The notes under the pieces are model-generated. The model was not told the origin of the DNA. It saw only the letters and a list, made by a program, of their open reading frames with translations, and searched no databases. Below, in pieces: positions 1 to 11,604 of a stretch of 64,000 nucleotides of DNA; position 1 is the first letter of the stretch; each line of letters opens with the position of its first letter. Source of the DNA: Cetorhinus maximus (taxonomy: Eukaryota); assembly GCF_964194155.1 (NCBI RefSeq), contig NC_135901.1:33976001-34040000 (forward strand), in the 5' to 3' direction. The position numbers were made by a program, and so were the translations under genes.

Positions 1-448
1 AAGCCACACACCATCCTGACTTGGGAAATATATCGGCCGTTCCTTCACTGTCACTGGGTCAAAATCCTGGGACTCCCTCCCTAACAGCACCTTAGGTGTA
101 ACTACACCCCATGGGGGCTGCAGCGGTTCAAGAAGGCAGCTCACCACCACCTTCACCTAGCCAGCGACACTGACATTCCGTGAACAGACAAAATAAAATC
201 TCCTTCTCAGACATTTCCAGTTCTAAAAATACCATCCACACGAAAGTTTGACTCTGTCCTCGTTCCACTGATTATGGCCGACTATTTAGTTTATGTTATG
301 ATCAGGCCGGTAATGATAATGAAAACAGAAAGTGCTGGAAGCTCTCAGCAGGTTTGGCAGCGTCTGTGGAGGGAATGACAGAGCTAACGTTTTGAGTCTT
401 GGTTGAATTGGTCATTGGCTGCTCGTTACAACATTTACACGTCATCGA

Positions 449-562
449 CACTGGGAACGGAAAGAAGAAAGTGAAAGCACCGAAATCTAACCAGTGGCCC
501 ACCACGCTGCTTCTCGGGCAGACTCAGCTGAAAGGTTGGTGGTTTAAGTCCACCTAGGGTCA
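449..562. pseudogene. divergent tRNA-Glu(TTC) (-) and tRNA-Asn 3' half (+) relics
   Basis: gtgaaagcaccgaaatctaaccagtggcccacca is the reverse complement of the Glu-TTC 5' half. gctgaaaggttggtggtttaagtccacctaggg is the Asn 3' half. Confidence 0.55.
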
Positions 563-607
563 AGTAGAGACCCTCTCTTCCTGCTTCTACTTGTATTACC
601 GACATAG

Positions 608-1086
608 AGTCAGAGTTATACAGCACAGTAACAGGCCCTTCGGCCCATCGTGCCCATGCCAGTCATCAAGCACCAATCTACTCTAATCCCATTTTCCAGC
701 ACTCGGCCCGTAGCCCTGTATGCTGTGGCATTTCAAGTGCCCATCTAAATACTTCTTAAATGCTGTGAGGGTTCCTGCCTCTACCACCTCCACAGGCAGT
801 TTGTTCCAGATTCCAACCACCCTCTGGGTGAAAAACATTTCCTTAAATCCCCTCTAAAACTCCTGCCCCTTACCTTAAATCGATGCCGCCTGGTTATTGA
901 CACCTCCACTAAGGGGAAAAGTTCCTTCCTATCTATGCCCCTCATAATTTTGTATACCTCTATCAGGTCCCCCCTCAGCCTTCTCTGCTCTAAGGAAAAC
1001 TTATCCAGTCTCTCTTCATAGCTGAAACGCTCCAGCCCAGGCAACACCCTGGTGAATCTCCTCTGCACCCTCTCCAGTGCAATCCA
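608..1086 (-). mobile_element. CR1 3' fragment with TSD GACATAG
   Basis: ORF QRRFTRVLPGL..LEQRRLRGDLIEVYKI. TSD at 601-607 and 1087-1093. Empty site in the inverted paralog at ~63218. Confidence 0.88.
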
Positions 1087-2320
1087 GACATAGTTCTGCT
1101 TTATGTCCTTTGGCTACGAGGAAATATTTTCCAAACTTTGCCAGCCCAGCTGTTATTCAGCAAGTCCCCACACAAATAGATTTATGAATATTCATTTCAA
1201 ATAATCCTGAAAAAAAATGATCGAACATGCACAACATCCAATCCTATTAGAAATATATGGGTTCAAAGCAACTAATAGAAATTGATTCTCTCATTGCACA
1301 TACAGAACTGGAAGACACCATCACACCGAGTCTGATTAAATGTTGCTCAGTGAAAATTTCAATCTTCCTCTGCTGTGTCACATATGGACACACACAGAAA
1401 GGGTCAATCTTCTCCGGCAACTTTTCAACCTGTTGTTATTCTCTGTGAGGATATATAAAGTAAGTGGAAAAAACTGAAACCTTTGTCTTGAGTGGGATCA
1501 GCTCTGAATTAGAACATAACAAATAGGAGCAGGAATGGAACCATTTTTCCCCTCGAACCTTTCATAGTATTAGGGAAACAGCGCCAAGGTTACACCACAG
1601 GCCCATGCCATAGGAACAGGAGGAAGCCATTCAGCCCTTTGACCCTGTTCTGCCATTCAATAAGATCATGGCTGATCTGGTTGTGGTGTCAACTCCACTT
1701 TCCTGTCTCCCCCACGCGCCCCCCACCCCCATAATCCTTGACTCCCTTGCCTCTCAAAAATCTGTCTAATTCTGCCTTGAATAAATTCAATGACCCAGCC
1801 TCCACTGCTTTCTGGGGAAAATAATTCCACAGACTAATGGCCCTCCGAGAGAAAAGAAATCTCCTCATCTCAGTCTGAAAAGGGAGACCCTCTTACTCTT
1901 CTGGAAACTTAATTCACCTGGTCCCCTTTTCCCCGGTGACCTGCATTTTCTGTCCAATTCTCTTTTGAAATCCGCGATTAAATCTGCCTCCCCCACACTC
2001 TCAGGTAGTGCATTCCAGATCCTAACCACTTGCTGTGTAACAGAGAAACCCCTTTGGAATTGTACAGTTTATTTGATGTTGTATCTCCTCATTCTTCCAG
2101 GCAAAATGAATCACTTCACATTTCCCGATATTAAATTTCAGCTGCCACTTGCCCGCCCAAATGGATTTATTGAAGAGCCCGAAAGGAGAACCGACTCAAA
2201 CTGGGAACGAAAGAGTGAGAGTGAAAGAGGAAGAGAAGTGACGGGTTTTGTAGATCCCAGGGGAAAGAGACTCCAGGATCAGTTCATTGTGACAGTTCAC
2301 ACAGCAACAAGAAAACAACA

Positions 2321-2385
2321 TTCCCTGATGACGGCCAAACCCGGACGGGAGGAGTAGGAGCGCCGAATAATAGCACAGAAGATTC
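2321..2385 (-). pseudogene. tRNA-Glu-like relic
   Basis: ttccctga..aacccgg..gagcgccgaat matches the reverse complement of tRNA-Glu. Paralog at 61108. Confidence 0.5.
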
Positions 2386-3175
2386 GTTCAGCCAATAACA
2401 GCATCGAGTGTGTTAGACATGAACATGAATGAACAGTGAGGTGAAATAGTACCACAAGCTGCGGATGTACAACTTCCAATTTCCAAAACCCACCAACCTC
2501 ATCGATGCGGCTCCTCTGAAACTTTCAAGGCAAATATTGATCCTTTATAAGGTGCCGTTCCCAGAACTATACACAGTCCTCCAGGTGTGATCTAACCAGG
2601 GCTTTGTATAGCTGTAGCAAACCTTTCCCTCTTTTCTATAACAGCCTCCGTAACAGGTTATACAGCAAGGGGGATTCGATTGGATATATCGACTGAGAAA
2701 AATGAAGAGATGCTTGATCAGAATTAACTTTGTTTAAAATTTTAAATTGAAATCACCAGTATTTTTTTTAAATTCAAAAATAGAAAAGAATCCCCAATCC
2801 AACTATTCGTGTCATTTGGTCAAGGAAACTTTGTTAACACTGAAGAAATTAGCAGGTTGGACACTGCAGAAGCTCCTGCTCATCTTTCAATATTGTTTAT
2901 TCTGAACTGATGAGTTTTTACAAAGGAATTGGACAATAACTTGAGAGGGAGAGAATCAGGGTTCTGGAGAGAGAGAAGGCAAATTAAGAAGCTCTTTGGA
3001 AAAACCTTAGACACAGAAACGATGGGTGGAAGGGCCTCTAATGCTGCTGTGTATTTGCTGATGACATTGTTGATCAGTCTGTCTCCAGCATTCCTAATGA
3101 GAACAGCTGAATTCCATTTCTTCAAAACAAAGACCCAAAGTGCTGCTGCATGACATCACCGTTTAACATTATCTG

Positions 3176-4830
3176 GACAGGTGCCTTCGCAGTTGAGGAT
3201 ACAAGTAATGTCCAAGAAATAACTGTAAATCAGCAAATGGAAAGGAGGGGAGGTAATCAAGAAAATTACAATCACAGGGAAGCGGTACTGAGAAAACTGC
3301 TGGAGCTGCGGTCTGCCAAGTCCCGGGTCCTGGTGGACTTCATCCTAGGGTCTTAAAGGAGGTGGCTGGTGAGACATATGATGCCTTGGTTTTAATTTTC
3401 CAAAATTCTCCAGATTCCGGGAATGTTCCACGAGATTAAAAATAACGAATGTAATTCTGTTCAAAAAGGGAGGCAGACAGAAAGCAGGAGACTACAGGGC
3501 AGTTAGCTTAACATTTGTCATAGGGAAAATGTTAGACACTACTATTAATGACGTTCTAGCTGGACTCTTAGAAAAATACAAGGTAACCAGGCAGACTGAA
3601 CATGGGTTTTGTGAAAGGGAAATCATGCTTAACCATTTCTTGGAGTTCTTTGAATAACATGTGCTGTGGATAATGGGGAACCAGCGGATATACTCAGATT
3701 TCCAAGAGGCATTTGATAATGTGCCAAAGCAAAGATTATAGCAGAAAATAAAAGTTCATGGTGTAGGGGGTAGCATTTTGGCATGGGTAGAAGATTGGAA
3801 ACAGAGAATAGGCACAAATGGGTCATTTTCTGGTTGGCAGGATGTGACGAGTGGTGTGCCACAGGGATCAGTGCTGGGGCCTCAACTGTTTGCAATTTAT
3901 ATAAATGACTTGGATTAAGGGGCTGAAAGAATGGTTGCTAAATTTGATGGCAGCACAAAGATACATGGGAAAGTAAGTTTGGAGAGGACATAAGGAGGCT
4001 ACAAAGGGACATAGATAGGTTAATTGAATGGGCAAAGATCTGGAAAATGAAGTAAAATGTGGGAAATTGTGTATTTTGGCAGGAAGGATAAAAATAAAGC
4101 AAATTAGCTAAATTGAGATTGCAGAGCTCTGAGATGCAGAGGATCTGGTGCCCCAGTGCATTAATCTCAAAAGGTTAGGGTGCAGATACTGCAAATCATC
4201 ACAAAAGCTAATAAAATGTTATTGTTTTGTGAGGAGAATTGAATGCAAAAGTAGAGAGGTTATGCTCCAGTTATTAATGGCATTGGTGCACTGGGCACAG
4301 GAGTACCGTGTACAGTATTGGTCTCCTAATTTAAGGAAGGATGTAAATGTATTGGAAGCAGTTCACAGAAGTTTACTGAACTAATACCTGGAATGCGGAT
4401 ATTGTCTTCTGAGGAAAGGTTGGACAGGATAGGCTTGTATCCACTGGAGTTTAGAAGAGTAAGAGGCGACTTGATTGAAACATATAAGATCCTGAGGGGT
4501 CTGTGAGGGTGGATGTGGAGAGGATGTTTCCTCTTGGTGGGAGAATCTAGAACTAAGGGTCACTGTTTAAAAATAAGGGATCGCCCATTTAAGACAGAGA
4601 TCAGGAGAATTTTTTTCCCTCAAAGGGTCATGAGTCTGTGGAACTCTCTCAGAAGGCGGTGGAAGCAGAGTCTTTGAATATTTTGAAGGCAGATTTTTGA
4701 TAAGCAGAGAGGTTATCTGGGCATAGATGGGAATGTGGAGTTGAGGTTACAGTCAGATCAGCCATGATCTTGTTGAATGGTGGAGCAGGCTCTATGGGCC
4801 GAGTGGCCAACTCCTGCTCCTAATTCGAAT
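3176..4830 (+). mobile_element. CR1 LINE RT/3' fragment
   Basis: Degenerate RT (gtgccacagggatcagtgctggggcc; YRVQYWSPNLRKD) and a CR1 3'UTR ending ctcctgctcctaattcg. Confidence 0.85.
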
Positions 4831-5209
4831 GTAACCTGTGTTAGAGATATTAAAAAGACTCGGCACACCATGTGTTCAACATGAAGCTAATTTATTTCAC
4901 TTTCATCCACAATATCAGACCCTATAACCGGACAGGAGTTTATTAACATCAGAAACAGACTCCAATGAAAACAGTTCAGTCCTGGATGTGCTTAACACAA
5001 AACTCAATCAGTGTAGTTACATGTGAACTCACTGCTGTGTGAGCAAGTGGGACGAATGAGTGAATCCCTTCCCACACTTGGATCAGGTGAATGGCCTCTC
5101 CCCAGTGTGGACTCACTGGTGTCTAGTGAGGTCAGATGTTTGCATGAAACCAATCCCAAGTGAGAGCACCTGAACGGTCCCTCGTCAATGTGAATGTGTT
5201 GATGGAACA

Positions 5210-6304
5210 TCAGTTCCTGGGAACATTTGTAGAATTTCCCGCACTCTGGGCATTTAAAAGATCTCTCGCAGTGTGAGCTCTTTGGTGCGTCTTCAAGCTG
5301 GATGACTGAGTGAATCCCTTCCCACACTCGGAGCAGGTGAACGGCCTCTCCTCAGTGTGAACTTGTTGGTGCCTCAGCAGGTGGGATGAGTGAGTGAAGC
5401 CCTTCCCACACTCGGAGCAGGTGAACGGCCTCTCCCCAGTGTGAATTCGCTGGTGTACAGTGAGATGAGATGATCGCCTGAACCCAGTTCCACAGTGACA
5501 GCACCTGAACGGTCTCTCGTCAGTGTGAACACGTTGATGGGACAGCAGGTCGTTGGAACTTTTAAAGAACTTCCCACAGTCTGGGCATTTAAAAAGTCTC
5601 TCCCCACTGTGAATTCGTTGATGGGACGTCACTTCCCCGGAACTTTTAAAGCACTTCCCGCAGTCACGGCATTTAAAAGGTCTCTCTTCAGTGTGACCAC
5701 GTTGATGGGACATCAGGTTTCCAGAACTTTTGAAGCACTTCCCACATTCTGGGCATTCGAAAGGTCTCTGGTCAGTGTGAACTCGCTGGTGTTTCAGCAG
5801 GTTGGATGAGCTGGGGAACCCCTTCCCACACTGGGAGCAGGTAAACGGTCTCTCTCCAGTGTGAACTCGCTGGTGAACAGTGAGGTCAGATGAATGCTTG
5901 AAACCAGTGCCACACTGAGAGCACTTGAACGTTCTCTCGCCAGTGTGAACTCTTTGGTGTCTCAACAGGTCGGACGAATTAACGAATCCCTTCCCGCAGT
6001 CAGAGCAGGTGAATGGTCTCTTCCCAGTGTGAACTCGCTGGTGTTTCAGCAGGTGGGATGACTGAGTGAATCCCTTCCCACACATGCAGCAGGCGAACGG
6101 CCTCTCCCCAGTGTGACTGCGTCGATGAATTTCCAGCTGACACGGATAATTGAATCCCTTCCCACACTCCCCACATTTCCATGGTTTCTCCCCATCGTGA
6201 CTGAGTTTGTGTTCTGACAGGCCGGATGATCGGCTGAAGCCTCGTCCACACACAGAACACGTGCACGGTTTCGCCCCAGTGTGAACGGTGCTTTTTCCTT
6301 CCAT
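5210..6304 (-). CDS. C2H2 zinc-finger protein (12 intact fingers, then a frameshift); probably decaying
   Basis: ORF 5210..6403 with the family ATG (MEGKSTVH) at 6304 and CxxC-x12-HxxxH-TGERPF repeats. The frame is lost near 5270; finger sequence continues in another frame (ORF 5004..5327, [23 protein letters not shown]). The conserved acceptor tttcacAG reads tttcacAA near 6403. Confidence 0.8.
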   Translation of the reverse strand: MEGKSTVHTGAKPCTCSVCGRGFSRSSGLSEHKLSHDGEKPWKCGECGKGFNYPCQLEIHRRSHTGERPFACCMCGKGFTQSSHLLKHQRVHTGKRPFTCSDCGKGFVNSSDLLRHQRVHTGERTFKCSQCGTGFKHSSDLTVHQRVHTGERPFTCSQCGKGFPSSSNLLKHQRVHTDQRPFECPECGKCFKSSGNLMSHQRGHTEERPFKCRDCGKCFKSSGEVTSHQRIHSGERLFKCPDCGKFFKSSNDLLSHQRVHTDERPFRCCHCGTGFRRSSHLTVHQRIHTGERPFTCSECGKGFTHSSHLLRHQQVHTEERPFTCSECGKGFTQSSSLKTHQRAHTARDLLNAQSAGNSTNVPRN

Positions 6305-6814
6305 GTTCAAAATCAGGTTATGACAAATTGGGCGATTACGTAGGATCCTGATGTGACGTTTGGTTTCAGTTTCCCGACTGCAAATTCTCCCCTTGCGATA
6401 CATTGTGAAATCGATTTAAAATAGAAACAAAGAGCATGTGAGAGGGAGAGCCCACAAAAACACAAAGGCAGGTTGTGAAATTGAGCCGAATGAATCTGGT
6501 AATTTGTTGGGCCAGCACTAGGAAAAAGTGACCATGAAAGCTGCTGCATTGTTGTAAAAACCCAACTAGTTCACTGATGTCCTTCAGGGAAGGGAACCTG
6601 CTGCCTGGTCTGGGCCTACACAAGACTCTGGCCTCGATGGCAGGAGAGAGAGAGGGGTTGGGGGGGGCTGGGGGTAAGGGGGAGAGAGAGATAGGCAGAG
6701 AGAAGCAGGAGGAGAAAGAGGTCAGCCAGTGTCTGTCGAGAGAGAAACAGAGTTAACGTTTCAGGGTTCGCAGAATGAATTATAGGGAATAAAAATGCTG
6801 CAAAACTTAATATA

Positions 6815-7265
6815 AGCTCAGAAGTGGAAGAGAAATGGACTATAGCACAGGGAAAAAAAATTCCTGACTATGAAAGATACTGTGGGAAGATAAAGCTGGT
6901 AAGCCAGCAGCACATGGTCGGGGGATGGACATGGATTCAGAACCACAGTAAAAGAGCCACACCAACCCCAGAGCCCTGGAACCTCTCTCAGATAACAGAG
7001 AATAGCACTAAAAGGTCTAAGTTGTGGGTGAATGGTCAAAAATACTCAACTGTGAAACAATTTCTGTTTTCAATTTTAAACTCTCCTGCTGGAGCCTGCA
7101 GCTGGAAAGATATCAGAAGCACTGGAACCAGAGAAAAATCTCCCAGTTGAGGAAATACCCGGGGAGCGGGATGATGTCACCGTGTAATTGTCGATGTGTG
7201 ATGATGTCACAGACACGGAACACAGAACATCTGGGTCTGTGCAAACCAGGGATCACCACACATTG
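6815..7265 (+). mobile_element. LTR-retroelement/ERV pol relic (RNase H C-terminal half)
   Basis: Across frameshifts: QKWKRNG..KKIP..KILWE..VSQQHMV.GWTWIQNHS..PWN, resembling RNase H WKKRGW..K.V...LW....H.I.W.WVKGH...N. Inverted paralog at 55375-55990. Confidence 0.5.
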
Positions 7266-7359
7266 TGAAGAATGTGAGGGTCCTTGAGAAGGTTGCAAAG
7301 GAGATTTGCCAGAATGGTTCGAGGGATTTTAATTACAAGGTTTGGTTGGAGAAACTGGG

Positions 7360-8099
7360 ATAGAAACAGAAAACACTGGAAAAACTCAGCAGGTTGGACA
7401 GCACCAGTGGGGAGAGAAACAGAGTTAACATTTCGAGTCCGTATGACCCTTCTTCAGAGCTAAAGAGAAGTAGAAATGCGATGAAATTTACACTGTTTAA
7501 GGGGGGGTGGGGCAGGTGAAACTGGATAGGTAGGTGGGGGCTAAGGAGAGATTGACAAATATGTCATGGACAAAAAGACAAAGGGAGTGTTAATGGTAGT
7601 GGAAAGGACTAAAGATGGTGCTGATAGTGGCATAAAGGTAAGAAATCAATGTGTTAATAGCAGAACAAGGGTCAGCACTCTGAAAGAACAAGATGGAACA
7701 AGTAACTCTTTTAGCGGTGGGATGGGGTGACTGGGGAAAAGGGGATAAAACAATGAATAAAGAAAATAAAAATAAGTAGATAAAATAACAAATTTTTAAA
7801 AAATAAATTAAAAAGATAGAGGAGAGAGTTCATGGTCTGAAGTTGTTGAACTCAACGTTAAGCCGGAAGGCTTTAAGTGCCTAATAGGAAGATGAGGTGC
7901 TGTTCCTCCAGTTCCCCACCCCCTTAAACAGAATAAATTTCGTCCTATTTCTACTTCTCTTTAGCTTTGAACAAGTCATACTGACTCAAAACTTTAACTC
8001 TGTTTCTGTCTCCACAGATGCTGTCAGACCTGCTGAAGTTTTCCAGCATTTTCTGTTTTAATTTCAGATTTCCAGCATGTGCAGTATTTTGCTTTTATC
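7360..8099. mobile_element. Penelope-like element remnant with inverted terminal repeats and 14-bp TSD
   Basis: 7361-7512 is the reverse complement of 7914-8060. Internal minus strand reads LEEQHLIFLLGT..PSGLNVEFNNFRP* (GIY-YIG C-terminus). TSD TTGGAGAAACTGGG at 7346-7359 and 8100-8113, inside a CR1 fragment. Confidence 0.85.
7423..7461 (-). ncRNA. minimal hammerhead ribozyme motif (variant)
   Basis: Minus strand agctCTGAAGAagggtcatacggactcGAAAtgttaact. Confidence 0.55.
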
Positions 8100-8634
8100 T
8101 TGGAGAAACTGGGGTTGTTCTCCTTGGAGCAAAGGAGATTGAGGGGAGATTTTATAGAGGTGTACACATTTATAATAGGTTTAGATAAGGTAGATAAAGA
8201 AAAGTTGTTCCCATTAACTGATCATAAAAGGTTTACAGAAACATTTAAGATTTTGGGCAAGATCTACAGGGCAGACGCGAGGAAGAAAATTTGCACTCAA
8301 TGCTTACATTCAGAGGCCCATAATATCCAGGTCCTGTTGAATCGAGTGGCTCTGTCAGATCTTGATGTGATGTTTGGTTTGAGTCTCCCTTCTGCAAAAC
8401 CTTCCCATTTATTATCCTGTAAAAAGGAGTTTACAAAACAATCCATCACTGTCAGTCCAGAAATAGAAATTGAGAAGAGGCAAACATTTCTCTTGGTCTG
8501 AGTTTGCTGTGTGTAAATCCTCCCCTTCTAACCCTCTGTAAAAGGAGTTTCCAAAATCCATCACTGTCAATCCAGGGTAGAAATTCACACCACTTTTTTT
8601 TTCCTCCTGCTACCTGGACCAGGATGACTGCGCA

Positions 8635-10227
8635 CTCATGGAGGCACTCAGGTAAAAGCCTCCCTGTACATGGACGACGTCGCCGTCTTCTGCTCGGATC
8701 CGCTGTCGGTGCGCAGACTGATGCACGTCTGCGACCAGTTCGAACTGGCCTCGGGAGCCAAGGTAAATCGTGGGAAGAGCGAGGCCATGTTCTTTGGGAA
8801 GTGGGCTGACCGATCCTTTGTCCCCTTCACTGTCAGGGCTGACGGCCTGAAGGTGCTGGGGATATGGTTCGGAGGGACCGGGGCATGCGTTAGAAACTGG
8901 AAGGAGCGAGTGGCTATGGTGAAAAGGAAACTGGGCATGTGGGAGCGACGCTCCCTCTCCATTGCGGGTAAGAACCTGGTCATCAGGTGTGAGGTACTCT
9001 CGCTGTTGCTGTACGTGGCGCAGGTCTGGCCCATTCCACACTCCTGCGCGATGGCGATCACTCGAGCCATCTTCCGCTTTATCTGGAGGTCGAAAATGGA
9101 TCGTGTCTGCAGGGACGCGATGTACAAGCCTCTAGATAAAGGGGGAAAAAACGTGCCCAACATCGCCCTCATACTGATGGCCACCTTTGTGTGCGGCTGC
9201 ATCAAGCGGTGCGTAGACCCTCAGTACGCAAACACCAAGTGTCACTACGTGCTGAGGTTCTACCTGTCCCCGGTGTTGCGAAGGATGGGTCTGGCCACGC
9301 TGCCGCGGAACGCTCCAAGTAGTTGGACCGTGCCGTACCACCTGTCCCTGGTGGAAAAATTTATGCAGAAAAACACCTTTGACCACAAGTCCATCAGGCA
9401 GTGGTCAGCACGTAACGTCCTAGAGGCCCTGAGGGATAAGGAGAGGGTGGACCCTGTGGGATGGTTCCCCGAGCAGACTGTCAAAGTCATTTGGCAGAAT
9501 GCCTCATCGCCAGAACTTTCCAACAAGCACCAAGACGTAGCTTGGCTGGTGGTGAGAAAGGCCCTCCCCGTCAGATCCTTCCTACACGCCAGGAGTCTCA
9601 CCCCCTCTGCACGATGCCCTCGAGGTGGCTGTGGTGGGGAAGAGACCGTTGTTCACCTCCTTGTGGATTGTGCCTTTGCAAAGAAAGTCTGGAGAGAGAT
9701 GCAGTGGTTGCTGTCGAGGTTCATCCCGAGCAGTTCTGTGACACAGGACTCTGTGCTCTACGGGCTGTTCCCAGGGACACACACCGAGACAAACATCAAC
9801 TGCAGCTGGAGGATCATCAACTCGGTGAAAGACGCGCTTTGGTCTGCCCGAAACTTGTTGGTCTTCCAGCACAAAGATTTGTCCCCGACCGATTGTTGCG
9901 GACTGGCACAATCCAAAGTCCAGGACTACGTGCTGAGGGACGCACTAAAGCTTGGGGCAGCTGCCGCAAAGGCGCAATGGGGAAGGGTCGCTGTCTAAGA
10001 CCTTTCTACCACAGCGCACCGAGAGACTGGGAACTGTTTAGAGCCCCTCGGGCTGTACAGATCAAAATGAAAGGCTGTAAATGACTGTAATATTGTTTGT
10101 ACTGATGCACCTGGTGATACATTTTGTAAAAGTTTAACCTGGATTGTACCCTTGTAATGTTGTTTTTGAAATGGTTTTGAATGTGATTGAAGATTTTTAT
10201 GAATAAAGTATATTTTTACAAAAAAAA
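8635..10227 (+). mobile_element. 5'-truncated Tx1-clade (L1 superfamily) non-LTR retrotransposon, young
   Basis: Uninterrupted ORF from the RT motif (KASLYMDD) through SLSIAGKNLVI and GGKNVPN to a CCHC finger (CPRGGCGGEETVVHLLVDC), stop at 9998. AATAAA at 10202, A-tail at 10220-10227, TSD GACTGCGCA at 8626-8634 and 10228-10236. CpG-rich. Confidence 0.9.
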
Positions 10228-10600
10228 GACTGCGCATGCGCCCTGCGCGTCCCACCACCCCCGGGGCCGAGCAGAGGGAGAGATTCAGCCATTGCCGGCC
10301 TCTTCGATGCAAACGCGGGGCCGCTGCTTACTAACGGTCTGTGGACTGCAGCAAGTGTTTACGAAGCCTCCCTGCCCACTCCGCTGGCTCCATTCCTCTC
10401 GCCCACCCGCCAACTCTGTCGCTATGAAGCAGTCACCATTTTCTCTGCCGCTCCAGTCACAGAACAGCGCTGCGCATGCTCAGGCAGAAGACCGCAATGC
10501 GCAGGCGCGACATCACTCCGCTGTACGCGTGTCTCGGCGCGCTCTGGATGGATAGGTCACATTCTGTCCCGCTCTGACTGCTGGGTGCGAGGTCCGCCAT
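10228..10600 (-). promoter_or_regulatory. CpG-island promoter of the 5-6 kb ZNF (split by Tx1)
   Basis: Reverse-complement homolog of 44690-45075. tgcgcatgcgc at 10231. Confidence 0.72.
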
Positions 10601-10729
10601 TAGTAAGCGATATTCCTGCATGTAAAATGATGTTTTATGTTCCGATGAGAGAAAATAGAAAATTATTAAATCGATTAATATTAACAATCAACCATAGTTC
10701 TGTCCTGGGGGTAATTAGCAGCAGAAGAA

Positions 10730-11065
10730 ACGTCCACAGTTAGATGTGAATTCACTGGATTCTTAGCAGTCGGGGTGAAGAAGTGATTTTTCCTTTCCAC
10801 AGGTCGAGTCTTGTCAGTCAAGGTGTGACTGTTGCGGATGAAATCCTTTGAACTTTTAAAGCTGGGTTGTTGACAGGTAGTCAAACTGAGAAAATCCCTT
10901 CGCAAACATGAAGCACCTGAGTTTTCTCTGTCAGATGTCACTGCTGCTGTGTCAACTAATCAGGTGATCAAGGGAATCCATGTCCATATGGTGAATGATG
11001 CTTTCGCAGTGTGACTTTACCCAGGAGTGTCCAACTCAGACTTGGATTTCTAATCCTTCTGGCAA
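10730..11065 (-). pseudogene. ancient decayed ZNF exon relic (inverted paralog)
   Basis: Reverse complement matches 44205-44560, in the same position relative to the promoter. Confidence 0.6.
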
Positions 11066-11085
11066 AGAGTCCTACATCTAATCCA

Positions 11086-11604
11086 CATTACAGGAAGGAT
11101 GTGATTGCACTGGAGGGGGTGCAAAGGAGATTCACCAGGATGTTGCCTGGGATGAAACATTTAAGTTATGAACAGAGGTTGGATAGACTTGGGTTGTTTT
11201 CGTTGGAGCAGAAAAGACTGAGGGGCGACCTGATCAAGGTGTACAAGATTATGAGGGACATGCATAGAGTGGATAGGGAGCAGCTGTTTCCCTTAGTTGA
11301 AGCGTCAGTCACAAGGGGACACAGTTCAAGGTGAGGGGCAGGAGGTTTAGGGGGGATGTGAGCAAAAACTTTTTTACCCAGAGGGTGATGACGGTCTAGA
11401 ATGCGCTGCCTGGGAGGGTGGTGGAGGCGGGTTGCCTCACATTCTTTAAAAAGTACCTGGATGAGCACTTGGCATGTCATAACATTCAAGGTTATGGGCC
11501 AAGTGCTGGTAAATGGATTAGGTAGGTAGGTCAGGTGTCCCCCTCGTGTCAGTGCAGAATCGATGGGCCGAAGGGCCTCTTCTGCACTGTGTGATTCTGT
11601 GATC
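11086..11604 (+). mobile_element. CR1 3' fragment
   Basis: HYRKDVIALEGVQRRFTRMLPG. Tail gtgattctgtga. Probable TSD CTAATCCA at 11078 and 11605. Absent from the paralogs at 44.2 and 53.3 kb. Confidence 0.85.

Noticed and set aside
302-505. 67-aa ORF conserved at 63340-63543
   Set aside because: The conservation reflects a recent inverted duplication; the sequence is made of a tRNA-Glu relic and a Penelope terminus.
9461-10084. Overlapping 207-aa ORF and antisense ORFs within the Tx1 element
   Set aside because: Alternative-frame by-products of GC-rich coding sequence, with no recognisable motif.
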